Below, one piece after another: positions 26,600 to 35,799 of a stretch of DNA of 64,000 nucleotides. Position 1 is the first letter of the stretch. Every line of letters begins with the position of its first letter. Position numbers and translations under genes: made by a program. The notes under the pieces were generated by a model, which saw nothing but the letters and a program-made list of their open reading frames with translations, did no database searches and was not told the DNA's origin. The stretch is from Gammaproteobacteria bacterium (GTDB lineage Bacteria; Pseudomonadota; Gammaproteobacteria; UBA9214). Location: positions 65-64,064 of the forward strand of contig JAOUBY010000003.1 of the NCBI GenBank assembly GCA_029860045.1, given 5' to 3'.

Positions 26600-28579
26600 T
26601 CATTCCTGCCAAAGCAGTTTTTCGAACGGTTTTCTGATAGAGCGCGCTGTCGGGTCGCGACCCGCGCCGATTCTGCCCATGAAGACGGCGTGTTCAACCT
26701 TTTCCGGTAATACCAGTTGTGCAAGCCGGTCGGCCAGTTTCCCTGCCAGTTCCTGACTGTGTTTATTTTCCGAAAACGCCACATTATCCCGTGTGTAGCC
26801 ACTGAATATCAGCGGTGTCATTTCCGGCTGGAGTTTCAGGCCATGCAGGGTGGCCGTCAGCCAGAAACGTTGCACGGCGCGGCCGGCTGCTACAAAGTCA
26901 TCCAGGGTTTCCGCTGGGCGGGATGCCATGATTATAAAATGTGACGCGCATGCGATTCCGGGAATGAAGTCCAGTTCCACGCGCGGAATGAGTGTTCCGC
27001 CCATGAAGCGATTGAGGAAGTCCACGCGCCGCCAGCTGACCATGGCCCAGCGCATCAGCTGCAAGGTCATGGGATCCAGCCCTACCGCCCTGGCGGGAAC
27101 CCGGTCTTCACTGTGCCTGGAATCCCACTGGATGATGGACCTGTGTGTTTCAAAGGCTTCAGGAAGGGTAAGGCGCAGGCCACCATTCTGGAATAGCAGT
27201 CGCGCCATACGCAAACGGTCGCGGAAATCATTGAACCATACAATGCGATATTCACTGCCAACGGCCGTCTCCAGCTGTTCTCGAACGCTGGCAGTAACCG
27301 GCCGGGTTGATAGCGGCCGCCGTTGTACAGTGCGCTCGCTGATAAAGGGCAGCAAGGGATCTTTCTGGATATTCGGGTCAGCAAGGAATGCGACATCGAA
27401 GGTCGGACTGGTCGCAGGCAGTCCCGGGCGTGCCCGGAACTCGGCGTACAGGCCATGGTGACTGGCCGCGATGCTGATGGTTTCAAGCAGCGTGCCCAGT
27501 GCGAGCTGGCTGGCATGGCCCCTCAGGTCGTAGACGCAGTGCTCGCGCGTATCGTGGCCGTGAATAACCGCATGGTGCGGGTCGATAATTTCAAACCGCC
27601 ACGGCTGGCTGTTGTCTCCGCTGGGGGCCCAGCGGGCATGATCCAGTATTTGCCGGGCCACGCTGTTACTGGCTCCGGCTGCTTTGCCCCCGTCAGGGGG
27701 CGGGGCAGATGTTAATTTCTGGCTGAATCTGCGTCTTGCCAGCATGAGGCCAAGTTGTTGCAGCGGGTTTCGATTCCCTCCCGGGCGCCAGGTTGTAACC
27801 AGTTGGTTACGGTAGGCGTCGAAATGAAGGCCGTGTGGTGCGGCAATGACCTTGCCGCGTCCAAGCAGTATTTTCAGTGCCTGGGTGGCCGCAATGCCGG
27901 AGCACAGCTCGCAGGCCATTGGAGTTGATGGCCCCCGGTGTTCGGCAAGCCTGACTGCTGTCGGGTCAACCAGGTAGCGACCCTGCAGCATGGCAGGAGA
28001 AAGGCCGAGCAGGAACCGCAGCAACTGTTCTTCCTCGTCATGGCCATCAAGTTGAAAGTATTCCTCGAACGTCATGCTGCCGGGCAGAAAATTCAATAAC
28101 GCGGCGCCCATGCCAAGCGGTGCAGCGGTAACCGCCGGAACACCCAGCCGGCTGCAGGAATCGAACGCAGCACGTCGTGCCTCAAGGGCAAAAAAATCCA
28201 GACCGTCGATGTACAGGTCAATACCCGTCAGAAAATCATCTGCATTGCCCTGATCAATCCCGTCGGGGAATATTCTCAGGTCAAGCTCCGGGTTGATGTC
28301 CAGCGCACGTTCTGCAAGGGCATCGGTCTTCTTTCTTTCGAGGGTGGAGAGGGCGGCTCCTGCCTGGCGGTTGAAATTCGCGATCTCGAAGGAGTCGAAG
28401 TCAGCCAGTGTGAAGGCGCCGATCCCGAGACGTGTCAGGGTCAGCAGGTGACTGCCCCCGACGCCGCCGAGTCCTGCAATGGCGACACGTTTGGTGCGCA
28501 GTGTGGCTTGCTCTGATGATGTGACCCAGCCGATGTTGCGTGAGAATGCGGCTGTATAGTCGAATTGGCCTGTCGACAT
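26600..28579 (-). CDS. ThiF-family adenylyltransferase fused to a nitroreductase-like domain (OxzB-like oxazolone synthetase)
   Basis: AFSRNIGW, AIAGLGGVGG, DFDSFEIANFNRQ, DGLDFF (ThiF); ARWAPSGDNSQPWRF and RTVQRR (FMN nitroreductase). ATG at 28579. Confidence 0.88.
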   Translation of the reverse strand: MSTGQFDYTAAFSRNIGWVTSSEQATLRTKRVAIAGLGGVGGSHLLTLTRLGIGAFTLADFDSFEIANFNRQAGAALSTLERKKTDALAERALDINPELDLRIFPDGIDQGNADDFLTGIDLYIDGLDFFALEARRAAFDSCSRLGVPAVTAAPLGMGAALLNFLPGSMTFEEYFQLDGHDEEEQLLRFLLGLSPAMLQGRYLVDPTAVRLAEHRGPSTPMACELCSGIAATQALKILLGRGKVIAAPHGLHFDAYRNQLVTTWRPGGNRNPLQQLGLMLARRRFSQKLTSAPPPDGGKAAGASNSVARQILDHARWAPSGDNSQPWRFEIIDPHHAVIHGHDTREHCVYDLRGHASQLALGTLLETISIAASHHGLYAEFRARPGLPATSPTFDVAFLADPNIQKDPLLPFISERTVQRRPLSTRPVTASVREQLETAVGSEYRIVWFNDFRDRLRMARLLFQNGGLRLTLPEAFETHRSIIQWDSRHSEDRVPARAVGLDPMTLQLMRWAMVSWRRVDFLNRFMGGTLIPRVELDFIPGIACASHFIIMASRPAETLDDFVAAGRAVQRFWLTATLHGLKLQPEMTPLIFSGYTRDNVAFSENKHSQELAGKLADRLAQLVLPEKVEHAVFMGRIGAGRDPTARSIRKPFEKLLWQE

Positions 28580-28848
28580 TAACCTGTTTCCGGGTTGCAA
28601 ATACCAATTTACGACATTGAATTCAGCATGGAAGCAGTTGCTGATCGATTCTGGCGCCCGACATGATTTCTACCAGGCAAAGTTCTGTGGCGCTAATAGT
28701 ATGTTGTGTCAGGTGGTGTGTCTAATGCTATTAAGAGGACTGACCTGGCGACGTCCTTCTGGCGTGACCATGCATTGACCTGTTTAATCGATGCCGGCTT
28801 TTCATGCCTGACCTGAAAGGCGGTTTCAGATGCCGGTATAACGTCAAT

Positions 28849-28864
28849 TGTGACGCTTGTCACA
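28849..28864. promoter_or_regulatory. CRP-family binding site
   Basis: Perfect TGTGA-CGCTTG-TCACA in the divergent intergenic region between the ThiF fusion and acyltransferase 1. Confidence 0.65.
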
Positions 28865-29055
28865 GATTAAGGGAGCGCAAGGCAGCTCAGTTGTGGTGTT
28901 GTTCTCAATACAATCAATGTCCTGCCGATAGGATGTTTATTGTTATCCAAGGTTCGCATGTGATGTGTTTGGGTGAGTTCATGGAGAACCTGAGCCTGCC
29001 GACTGAGATGTTCCGGTTACCATCCATAGTGAGTCGTCGTTGAAGAGACGAAAAT

Positions 29056-29829
29056 ATGAGTGATTTGTGTGATTTATTTTTTCAGTACTTTGATGTCATT
29101 CTGGACGATCAGCCGGGTGTTATAGACGAAGCCACCAGACTTCGCTACCAGGTGTATTGCATAGAAAATGATTTTGAGGATGCGTCCCGGTTTGATGATG
29201 ACAGGGAAGTGGATGAGTATGACCGGCGTTCTGTTCACAGTGTTGTCAGGCACAGGAAGCTGGGAGTAACCGCAGCCTCTGTCAGGCTGGTCCTGTCAGA
29301 CCAGGAATGTCCTGAAGCGCTTTTCCCGATCGAGGAGAACTGTGCTGCATCCCTAAAGGCCTGTCCTTCAATCTTTCGTGGTATCCCGCGCAATGCCATA
29401 GCTGAAATATCACGCTTTGCCGTTTCCAAGGATTTCAAGCGCCGGCATGGCGAGGCCGGCAACCCTGCCGGTGTCGGTCCAGACCCGGACCGGTATCTAA
29501 CGCCTGATTTAAACAGGCGGAGAGTCATTCCCCACCTGATCCTGGGTTTATTTGCCGCGATAGTAAAAATGAGTGCAGAGCATCATGTTACCCACTGGTA
29601 TGCCGTGATGGATGTTTCTCTGCTGCGCCTGTTGACCCGCTTTGGTATCAACTTCATGCCCATGGGAGGGCAGGTGGATTACCATGGATTGCGGCAACCC
29701 TGCTTTGGCAGTGTGGACGAGGTGCTGGCCGGGATATGGGAGAAACGCCCGGATATCTGGCGCTTGATCACTGCTGACGGGGTCGTATGGCCAGCCCCGG
29801 CAGATCATGCCGTGAGTGCCGGTGGATAG
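29056..29829 (+). CDS. PEP-CTERM/exosortase-associated acyltransferase (N-acyl amino acid synthase, TIGR03694/FeeM-like), copy 1
   Basis: RLRYQVYCIE, EVDEYD.RSVH, VRLVL, AEISRFAVS, HWYAVM..LLRLL..FGI, VDYHGLRQP. Confidence 0.92.
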   Translation: MSDLCDLFFQYFDVILDDQPGVIDEATRLRYQVYCIENDFEDASRFDDDREVDEYDRRSVHSVVRHRKLGVTAASVRLVLSDQECPEALFPIEENCAASLKACPSIFRGIPRNAIAEISRFAVSKDFKRRHGEAGNPAGVGPDPDRYLTPDLNRRRVIPHLILGLFAAIVKMSAEHHVTHWYAVMDVSLLRLLTRFGINFMPMGGQVDYHGLRQPCFGSVDEVLAGIWEKRPDIWRLITADGVVWPAPADHAVSAGG

Positions 29830-30096
29830 TGTTGGGTGGTAGAACGCTGCGGGTGATTTGATCGATTCGCTTTACCGGTTAGCCAACATAGTCTTCAATC
29901 TGTCCCTCCGGCTTTCCTGTCGCTAGCTAGTGACATTGAAATACCAATAAAAACAGATAGGTATATAAATTATATTAAATGCTGTCGTCACCCGGCGACA
30001 GTTCTGCCGAGCAGAGTGTTGTATTGCCCCGGTTTTACCCTGTGGGCTACCCCATTGATTTTTTAACTCACTGTAATTACTGATTAATAGTGTCTC

Positions 30097-30112
30097 TGGC
30101 ACGATTATCGCA
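30097..30112 (+). promoter_or_regulatory. Sigma-54 promoter of acyltransferase copy 2
   Basis: TGGCAC-GATTA-TCGCA with correct spacing, about 100 bp before the ATG. Palindrome CTGTCG-N8-CGACAG at 29982-30001 upstream. Confidence 0.7.
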
Positions 30113-30214
30113 TTTCCCATGCGTAATTTAGCTTCATGACATGGAAACAGGCCACTGGGCCGCCGTGTCCATGAGCGAACCGCAAACTACTTTTCCCGGG
30201 TTGATGACAAGCAC

Positions 30215-30970
30215 ATGAGCGAACTCTATAACACGTTTCATAGCCATTTCGACGTGGTCTCGGCGGATACCGTCGGCCTGATGGAGACGGCCTTCAGGAT
30301 GCGTTACCAGGTCTATTGCCTGGAGAGGTCATACGAAGATGCAGAGTCCTTTCCGGACCAAATGGAGATTGACGAGTTCGATATGCACTCGGCCCACAGC
30401 CTGGTGAGGTGCCAGCGATCCGGGCAGTATGCTGGCCTGGTCAGGCTGGTCCTGCCAAATCCGGTAGATATGGACAAGCCGTTACCACTGGAGAAATTCT
30501 GCCACTCTGCCATGCAGAAAGCGGGTATTGATTTATCTTCCATTCCCCGGGACCGCATGGCTGAAATCTCGAGATTTTCGATTTCAAAGGAACTAAAGCG
30601 TCAGTGTGCGCAGAAGTCTGCTGTTTCAGCCACCGGTGATGTTGTTGATGGCGTGGATACCCGGATGACGCCACAAATAGTACTCGGTCTGTTTGCGGGG
30701 GTCGTTCGAATGAGTGCCCAGAACAATATTACTCACTGGTTGGCTGTTATGGAGCCAACCTTGCTCAGGTTCCTTTCACGCTATGGCATCTACTTCCAGA
30801 AGATCGGGCCGGTGATTGACTATCATGGCCGGCGGCAACCGACGGTTGCGAGCATCGATTCAGTATTGTCAGGGATTTATGCCCATCGTAAGGATGTCTG
30901 GGAAGTGATTACTGATTTTGGAAATGTCTGGCCGTTGGATAAGGAAGTCAAACATTTTGCAATGCCGTAG
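30215..30970 (+). CDS. Exosortase-associated acyltransferase (N-acyl amino acid synthase), copy 2
   Basis: RMRYQVYCLE, EIDEFD.HSAH, AEISRFSIS, HWLAVME, IDYHGRRQP; clear paralog of copy 1. Confidence 0.92.
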   Translation: MSELYNTFHSHFDVVSADTVGLMETAFRMRYQVYCLERSYEDAESFPDQMEIDEFDMHSAHSLVRCQRSGQYAGLVRLVLPNPVDMDKPLPLEKFCHSAMQKAGIDLSSIPRDRMAEISRFSISKELKRQCAQKSAVSATGDVVDGVDTRMTPQIVLGLFAGVVRMSAQNNITHWLAVMEPTLLRFLSRYGIYFQKIGPVIDYHGRRQPTVASIDSVLSGIYAHRKDVWEVITDFGNVWPLDKEVKHFAMP

Positions 30971-31107
30971 CTGGCTACCAGCTCGGCATCCATGCCTTCC
31001 GCGACACTTGCACATCCATGTTATCGCCCATGTAGTCGTCGCAATGACAGGTGAATCAGGGCTTCCTTAGGTAGTATTCCGAGACGGGGGCTCGTGCCTG
31101 CGTCTGC

Positions 31108-32814
31108 TCAGAACGTATAGCGCACGTTGCCATAGACCCTGTCGCTGTCATCGAAACGTCCAAACAGACCGGACGAATTTCCGCCAAATATATCGGCGCC
31201 GACTGCCAGCCACCAGTTATCCGACATCTCCCAGGTCACCTTGGGTCTCGCCATCCAGTCGCTGCGATTCAGGCCGGTTACCAGCAGCAGTTCCGCATCT
31301 ACCCGGTTGGCAATTTCCTTGCTGACGTACAGGCTGACACCGGTTTCCAGTTCATCGAAGAGAATGTCCGAGTCGTGGTCCGTATACCAGCGCTGGAATA
31401 GCTGAACATTCAGCAATGTGCCATTGGTATATGAGTGTTCGAGGCCTACTACATAATCGAGTGTGTCCTGTTGTGTTGCGCCATCCGGGTCGAGAGGGTT
31501 GTCTACAGTAAACCAGCGATCACGTGTATAGACAGCCTCGCCCTTCAGCAGGATGTTGCCAAAATCCTTTGCCACGGTGGCGCCAAGCTGGTGAATCCTG
31601 TCATGCCTGGGAGTGATGGTGAGTCGTGTGGTCATGCCTGTCTCAAGGGTGCTGAAAAACGCGGGAGAGGCATCCATGCTGCGGTAATAAAAGCCGGATA
31701 CATCCCAGCCGTGTTTCAGCATGGAAAGCCGCAGGCCAAATGCGCTGTTGGACAGCTTTTGTGACGGTTTAACATCCCCCTCGATAACCAGTTCATCCAC
31801 ACCGGGTGGTAGTTCTGTGCCCAGGGGGTAGAAATCGTCACCAGGCTTGCCGATCTCGTCATAGGTCATGTAGGGGATCCAGATGGCCTCGGTGTGAAAG
31901 TCCCCCTTGAAGTATTCTGCGCGCGCTGCCCATTGCGGGATACGTATGAGGTCAAAATCCTCTGCGACCAACTGGCGCATATCCTTTGCCGAAACGACAT
32001 CGGCAAAGAACAGTCCAACCATCTCGCCCCAGATAATGTGCTGTCTGCCCAGGCGAAACTCCAGGTCACCTGCCGAGATATCCAGGTAGGTCTCGTGTAG
32101 CGCGCCTTCAAGGCGCCGGTTGTCTTCAACACGGTCAGAATAGAAATTATCCAGGTCAAAGACTGCGTCGTAACTGCCGCGGGCGCTGACCTTCCAGGAA
32201 ACATTCTGGTTGATGCGGTCGCTGGCCTGTAGTTCCAGCGTGTTGCGGAACATCGAGGGGTGGGTAGGTGACGAATAGGTGTGGGCGTATTTTGAGTTGA
32301 AAAATCCCCGGAAATTGTATTTGTCGGTCCCTGCCTTGTCGTTGCTTGCCTGGCTCTCATCCGGGGCCGAGAGGAACAGGTCATCAATGCCGGCAGGCTC
32401 ACCTGGCCCGTCCTCTGCCCTGGCGCTACCGGTGTCCTGTCTCGTGGACGCATTGCTGCTGGCCTCGGCTAGCAATACAGGGGTGCCTGACGATGGGCTG
32501 GTCACAAGAAAACCGGGGATGTCCATGGCATCGAGCCGTTTGTGCATATATTCTGCAGTTGCCCGTTCCGGGTAGGGCCCAACCCGGACGCGGGTCAGCG
32601 ATCTTGAGCCTTTATCATTAATAATGGTGGTTGCGGGGAAACCCTGCTGCTCCAGTTTTTCCACAAACTGGGTGGCCTGGCCCTGGTCCCTGAAGGCGCC
32701 AACCTGGACGGTGTAATCGGCGCGGGAGATGATCTGGAACTGCATCATGCCGAGAGTTGCGAGGGCTGTGATGATCCAGTGTCGGGTTCGATTTAGTCGT
32801 GTCGATTTATTCAT
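31108..32814 (-). CDS. SPOR domain fused to an outer membrane beta-barrel (DUF1302-like)
   Basis: YTVQVGAF...RVRVGPY (SPOR), low-complexity linker, then LHETYLD..RLGRQHIIWG, amphipathic strands, FGRFDDSDRVY and C-terminal YTF. Confidence 0.82.
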   Translation of the reverse strand: MNKSTRLNRTRHWIITALATLGMMQFQIISRADYTVQVGAFRDQGQATQFVEKLEQQGFPATTIINDKGSRSLTRVRVGPYPERATAEYMHKRLDAMDIPGFLVTSPSSGTPVLLAEASSNASTRQDTGSARAEDGPGEPAGIDDLFLSAPDESQASNDKAGTDKYNFRGFFNSKYAHTYSSPTHPSMFRNTLELQASDRINQNVSWKVSARGSYDAVFDLDNFYSDRVEDNRRLEGALHETYLDISAGDLEFRLGRQHIIWGEMVGLFFADVVSAKDMRQLVAEDFDLIRIPQWAARAEYFKGDFHTEAIWIPYMTYDEIGKPGDDFYPLGTELPPGVDELVIEGDVKPSQKLSNSAFGLRLSMLKHGWDVSGFYYRSMDASPAFFSTLETGMTTRLTITPRHDRIHQLGATVAKDFGNILLKGEAVYTRDRWFTVDNPLDPDGATQQDTLDYVVGLEHSYTNGTLLNVQLFQRWYTDHDSDILFDELETGVSLYVSKEIANRVDAELLLVTGLNRSDWMARPKVTWEMSDNWWLAVGADIFGGNSSGLFGRFDDSDRVYGNVRYTF

Positions 32815-33273
32815 GCCTTGTTTTCCCGCATGGTGAGCAGCCTGGGTCAGGCTACATGTGGCTGGTAATGGGTTGCCTGATATTAAATGAACAACGAAGG
32901 CAAATGATACAGCATGATATCCGACTGCTCATCTCTATGAATGATGAACATGGCGTAAGGATTGGTCTGCAGTCAACTCATTGTCTGGCTGGATGGCTAC
33001 GCGTTGCATATCCAAAGGCCAGCTTGTCCGGCACCATGTGCCAGCGCTTCCCTGGATATTAGCTGACTTCAGTTGAAGTTTTGGGTCCGTACACAATGTG
33101 TTCGGCGGTGTGTTCTGAAAGCGCTGTCAATAATGGCCCGTGTTCGCCAATGCTGGGCCGCAGCATCAAGTGTGCATGTGCCACCACACCTTACTCGGTA
33201 CATATACTGAAGAAGAAGTCTTAGTCTTTGTAAAGTATGAATTTTTCATATGAATTTTAGTACTAAAGGCCAA

Positions 33274-33302
33274 GTGACATTTAATACCGCAGGTATTATA
33301 GT
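33274..33302 (+). promoter_or_regulatory. Possible sigma-70 promoter for the EPS export operon
   Basis: GTGACA-N17-TATAGT in AT-rich DNA, about 120 bp upstream of the wza-like ATG. Confidence 0.4.
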
Positions 33303-33422
33303 CTCAAGGGCTAGGTGACTGATATTTGACGTTAAATTGGCCTGAATAAATTTGTGTCTCGGCCGAGGATAAGTAAAGAAATAGAGAATTATTCAGCAAT
33401 CGTTATCCACAGGGGTTCAACT

Positions 33423-34058
33423 ATGAACACTATTAAATCTTCCTCAGCCATCATCAAGGCTGGTGTTGTCTTCATGATTTTGCTGGGTCTATCGGGATGT
33501 GCGACAACCGACTATCCCCCGCTTGAGGGCGGGCCGGCCCCCGCCCAGGTAACGCCGGACTATCTCATCGGTGCGGGTGACAGCGTCGAAATCTTTGTCT
33601 GGCGTAATCCGGAGCTGTCGAGCGGTGTGACGGTGCGTCCGGATGGCAAGATTACGACCCCTCTGATCGAGGATGTTCCCGCCAGCGGCAAGACGCCGAC
33701 CCAGTTGGCGAGAGACATGGAACAGGAACTCTCGGCCTACGTAAAGAACCCGGTCGTCACCGTCATGGTTGGCGGTTTTGTGGGTCCCTACAGCGAGCAG
33801 ATCCGTGTGGTCGGCCAGGCGGCCAACCCGCAGGCACTGCCTTATCGCGACCAGATGACAATGCTGGATCTGGTTATCGCAGTGGGTGGCTTGACGGAAT
33901 TCGCAGACGGTAATCGCTCAAGCATCGTGCGGGTGGTCGATGGGGAATGGAAACAGTTTGGTGTGCGCATCGATGACCTTGTCAACGGAGCGGATATCAG
34001 TGCCAATGCCTATGTGCTGCCTGGCGATATTCTGATCGTCCCCGAATCATGGTTCTAG
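33423..34058 (+). CDS. XrtA system polysaccharide export lipoprotein (Wza-like, TIGR03027-like)
   Basis: Lipobox LSGC; YLIGAGD, VRPDGKITTPL, PGDILIVPESWF. Confidence 0.93.
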   Translation: MNTIKSSSAIIKAGVVFMILLGLSGCATTDYPPLEGGPAPAQVTPDYLIGAGDSVEIFVWRNPELSSGVTVRPDGKITTPLIEDVPASGKTPTQLARDMEQELSAYVKNPVVTVMVGGFVGPYSEQIRVVGQAANPQALPYRDQMTMLDLVIAVGGLTEFADGNRSSIVRVVDGEWKQFGVRIDDLVNGADISANAYVLPGDILIVPESWF

Positions 34059-34233
34059 TAAATATTCCCCGGTCACTGCCGGCAGGGCTCTGAGATATTG
34101 CAGCAGTTGACGAACAGGAAACAACAGACTGGACATTTCTGGCCTCGAGGGGCTCAAGGATCCGGCAGGGTAAGACAACTCCTCTCGAAATGTGGAGGGA
34201 ACACTCTGGTGGAAATAGGGACATTATTCTGGC

Positions 34234-35799
34234 ATGCGTGAACTTTTAGAACAGATTCTGACTTATGTAAGGGGCATCTGGCGCTATCGCTGGTTCATGA
34301 TGCTGGCGGTCTGGCTTATCTGTATTGTCGGTTGGGGCGTCGTCTATCAACTGCCTGATACGTACAAGGCAGAGGCCCGGGTCCATGTCGATACCCAGTC
34401 CATGTTGCAGCCGCTGCTGAGAGGATTGACGGTCGTTACAAATACCGGAAATCGTGTAAAGCTGGTAACGCGCACCCTGCTTAGCAGGCCAAACCTGGAA
34501 AAGCTGACGCGCATGACAGACCTGGATCTTGTGGCCTTGACGCCGTCCGACATGGAGGAGCTGCTGGACGAGCTGGGCAGTGAAATCACGATATCCGGCA
34601 CCCGGGAGCAGGACCTTTATACCATCGGCTATTCCCACAGTGACCGGCAACTGGCCAAGCGCGTGGTGCAGTCATTGCTGACCATCTTTGTCGAGAGCAC
34701 GCTTGGTGAAAGCCGTGAAGAAACGGACAGTGCCCAGGAATTCGTCGGACAGCAAATCAAGGAATACGAGGCCAAGCTCGAGGCGGCGGAACTGCGTCTT
34801 GCCGAGTTCAAGCGGACCCACGTGGGCATGATGCCGGGGTCGTCTCAGGATTATTATGGGCAGTTACAGACTGCGCTATCAGAGTTGCAGCAGGCACAGT
34901 TATCGCTTCGTGAAACGGTTAACCAGCGTAACCAGTTCAAGCAGCAGATGGAAGATGACGAGGATTCCTATCTCATGTTCAGTGAACTGCAACCCGGGAC
35001 AGGCTCGGCGCTTGATACGCGTATACAGGAACTTTACGAACGCATCGACGATCTGCAGATCAAGTACACCAATAAGCACCCTGATGTTGTCGAAATAAGA
35101 CATCTGATTGCCACGCTGGAAAAAAAGCGCGATGAAGAGCGCGCATTGATGGATGAGATGGATGTGGGGCCGGTAGACAATCCGGCCTATCAGCAATTAA
35201 AAATGCAGCTGTCACAGGCCGATGCAACGGTTGCCTCTATGCGTTCACGGGTTGGCGAATACCAGCGGCGTGTAGACCAACTACAGGAGATGGTTGACAC
35301 GATCCCGAAGGTAGAGGCGGAGCTCAGTCAGCTTAATCGTGACTACAATGTTCATCAGAAGAATTACCAGACGCTGCTCGCGCGACGGGAGTCGGCAAAT
35401 ATTTCTGAACAGGCCGAGATCAGTGGTGATCAGCTCAAGTTCCGGGTGGTCGATCCACCCCGTGTGCCGCTTCAACCATCGGCCCCCAACCGACCGTTAT
35501 TGATGACAGGGGTCCTGATTCTGAGCATTCTCGCCGGGGCTGTGCTGGCCCTGTTCCTGTTTATGCTCAGACCCACCTTTGACAGTACACGTGCTGTTAT
35601 AGAAGTGCTGGGACGACCGGTTCTTGGTGGAGTATCGATGATTCACAACCAGGCATGGAGCACCAAGCACAGGCATGCGATGCTTGCTTTCAGCCTGGCT
35701 GGTGTTGGACTACTGGCGCTGTATGTCGGCGTTATAGCGATGGACGGACTAACCAGTAATGTTGCCGGGATCGGGAAGGCTATAGTGGGGCGCGGCTGA
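34234..35799 (+). CDS. Polysaccharide chain length determinant (Wzc N-terminal part, TIGR03007-like)
   Basis: Two TMs flanking coiled coils; YTNKHPDV, LNRDY, FRVVDPP..P..PSAPNR. Confidence 0.93.
   Translation: MRELLEQILTYVRGIWRYRWFMMLAVWLICIVGWGVVYQLPDTYKAEARVHVDTQSMLQPLLRGLTVVTNTGNRVKLVTRTLLSRPNLEKLTRMTDLDLVALTPSDMEELLDELGSEITISGTREQDLYTIGYSHSDRQLAKRVVQSLLTIFVESTLGESREETDSAQEFVGQQIKEYEAKLEAAELRLAEFKRTHVGMMPGSSQDYYGQLQTALSELQQAQLSLRETVNQRNQFKQQMEDDEDSYLMFSELQPGTGSALDTRIQELYERIDDLQIKYTNKHPDVVEIRHLIATLEKKRDEERALMDEMDVGPVDNPAYQQLKMQLSQADATVASMRSRVGEYQRRVDQLQEMVDTIPKVEAELSQLNRDYNVHQKNYQTLLARRESANISEQAEISGDQLKFRVVDPPRVPLQPSAPNRPLLMTGVLILSILAGAVLALFLFMLRPTFDSTRAVIEVLGRPVLGGVSMIHNQAWSTKHRHAMLAFSLAGVGLLALYVGVIAMDGLTSNVAGIGKAIVGRG

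Noticed and set aside
26600..28579. ThiF fusion as part of a RiPP (microcin C/TOMM) or ubiquitin-like defence system
   Set aside because: No precursor peptide, YcaO, E2/JAB or Ubl gene nearby; the adjacent N-acyltransferases fit the oxazolone model better.
33026..33050. TGGCACATGGTGCC on the minus strand as a sigma-54 promoter for the SPOR-barrel gene
   Set aside because: Wrong GG-GC spacing; it is just a short palindrome (GGCAC-cat-GTGCC).
34058..34234. Possible riboswitch (c-di-GMP-like GAAA hairpin) between the wza-like and chain-length genes
   Set aside because: Only a weak CTCC/GGAG stem; the conserved second stem and motif spacing are not evident. An Infernal/Rfam scan would settle it.
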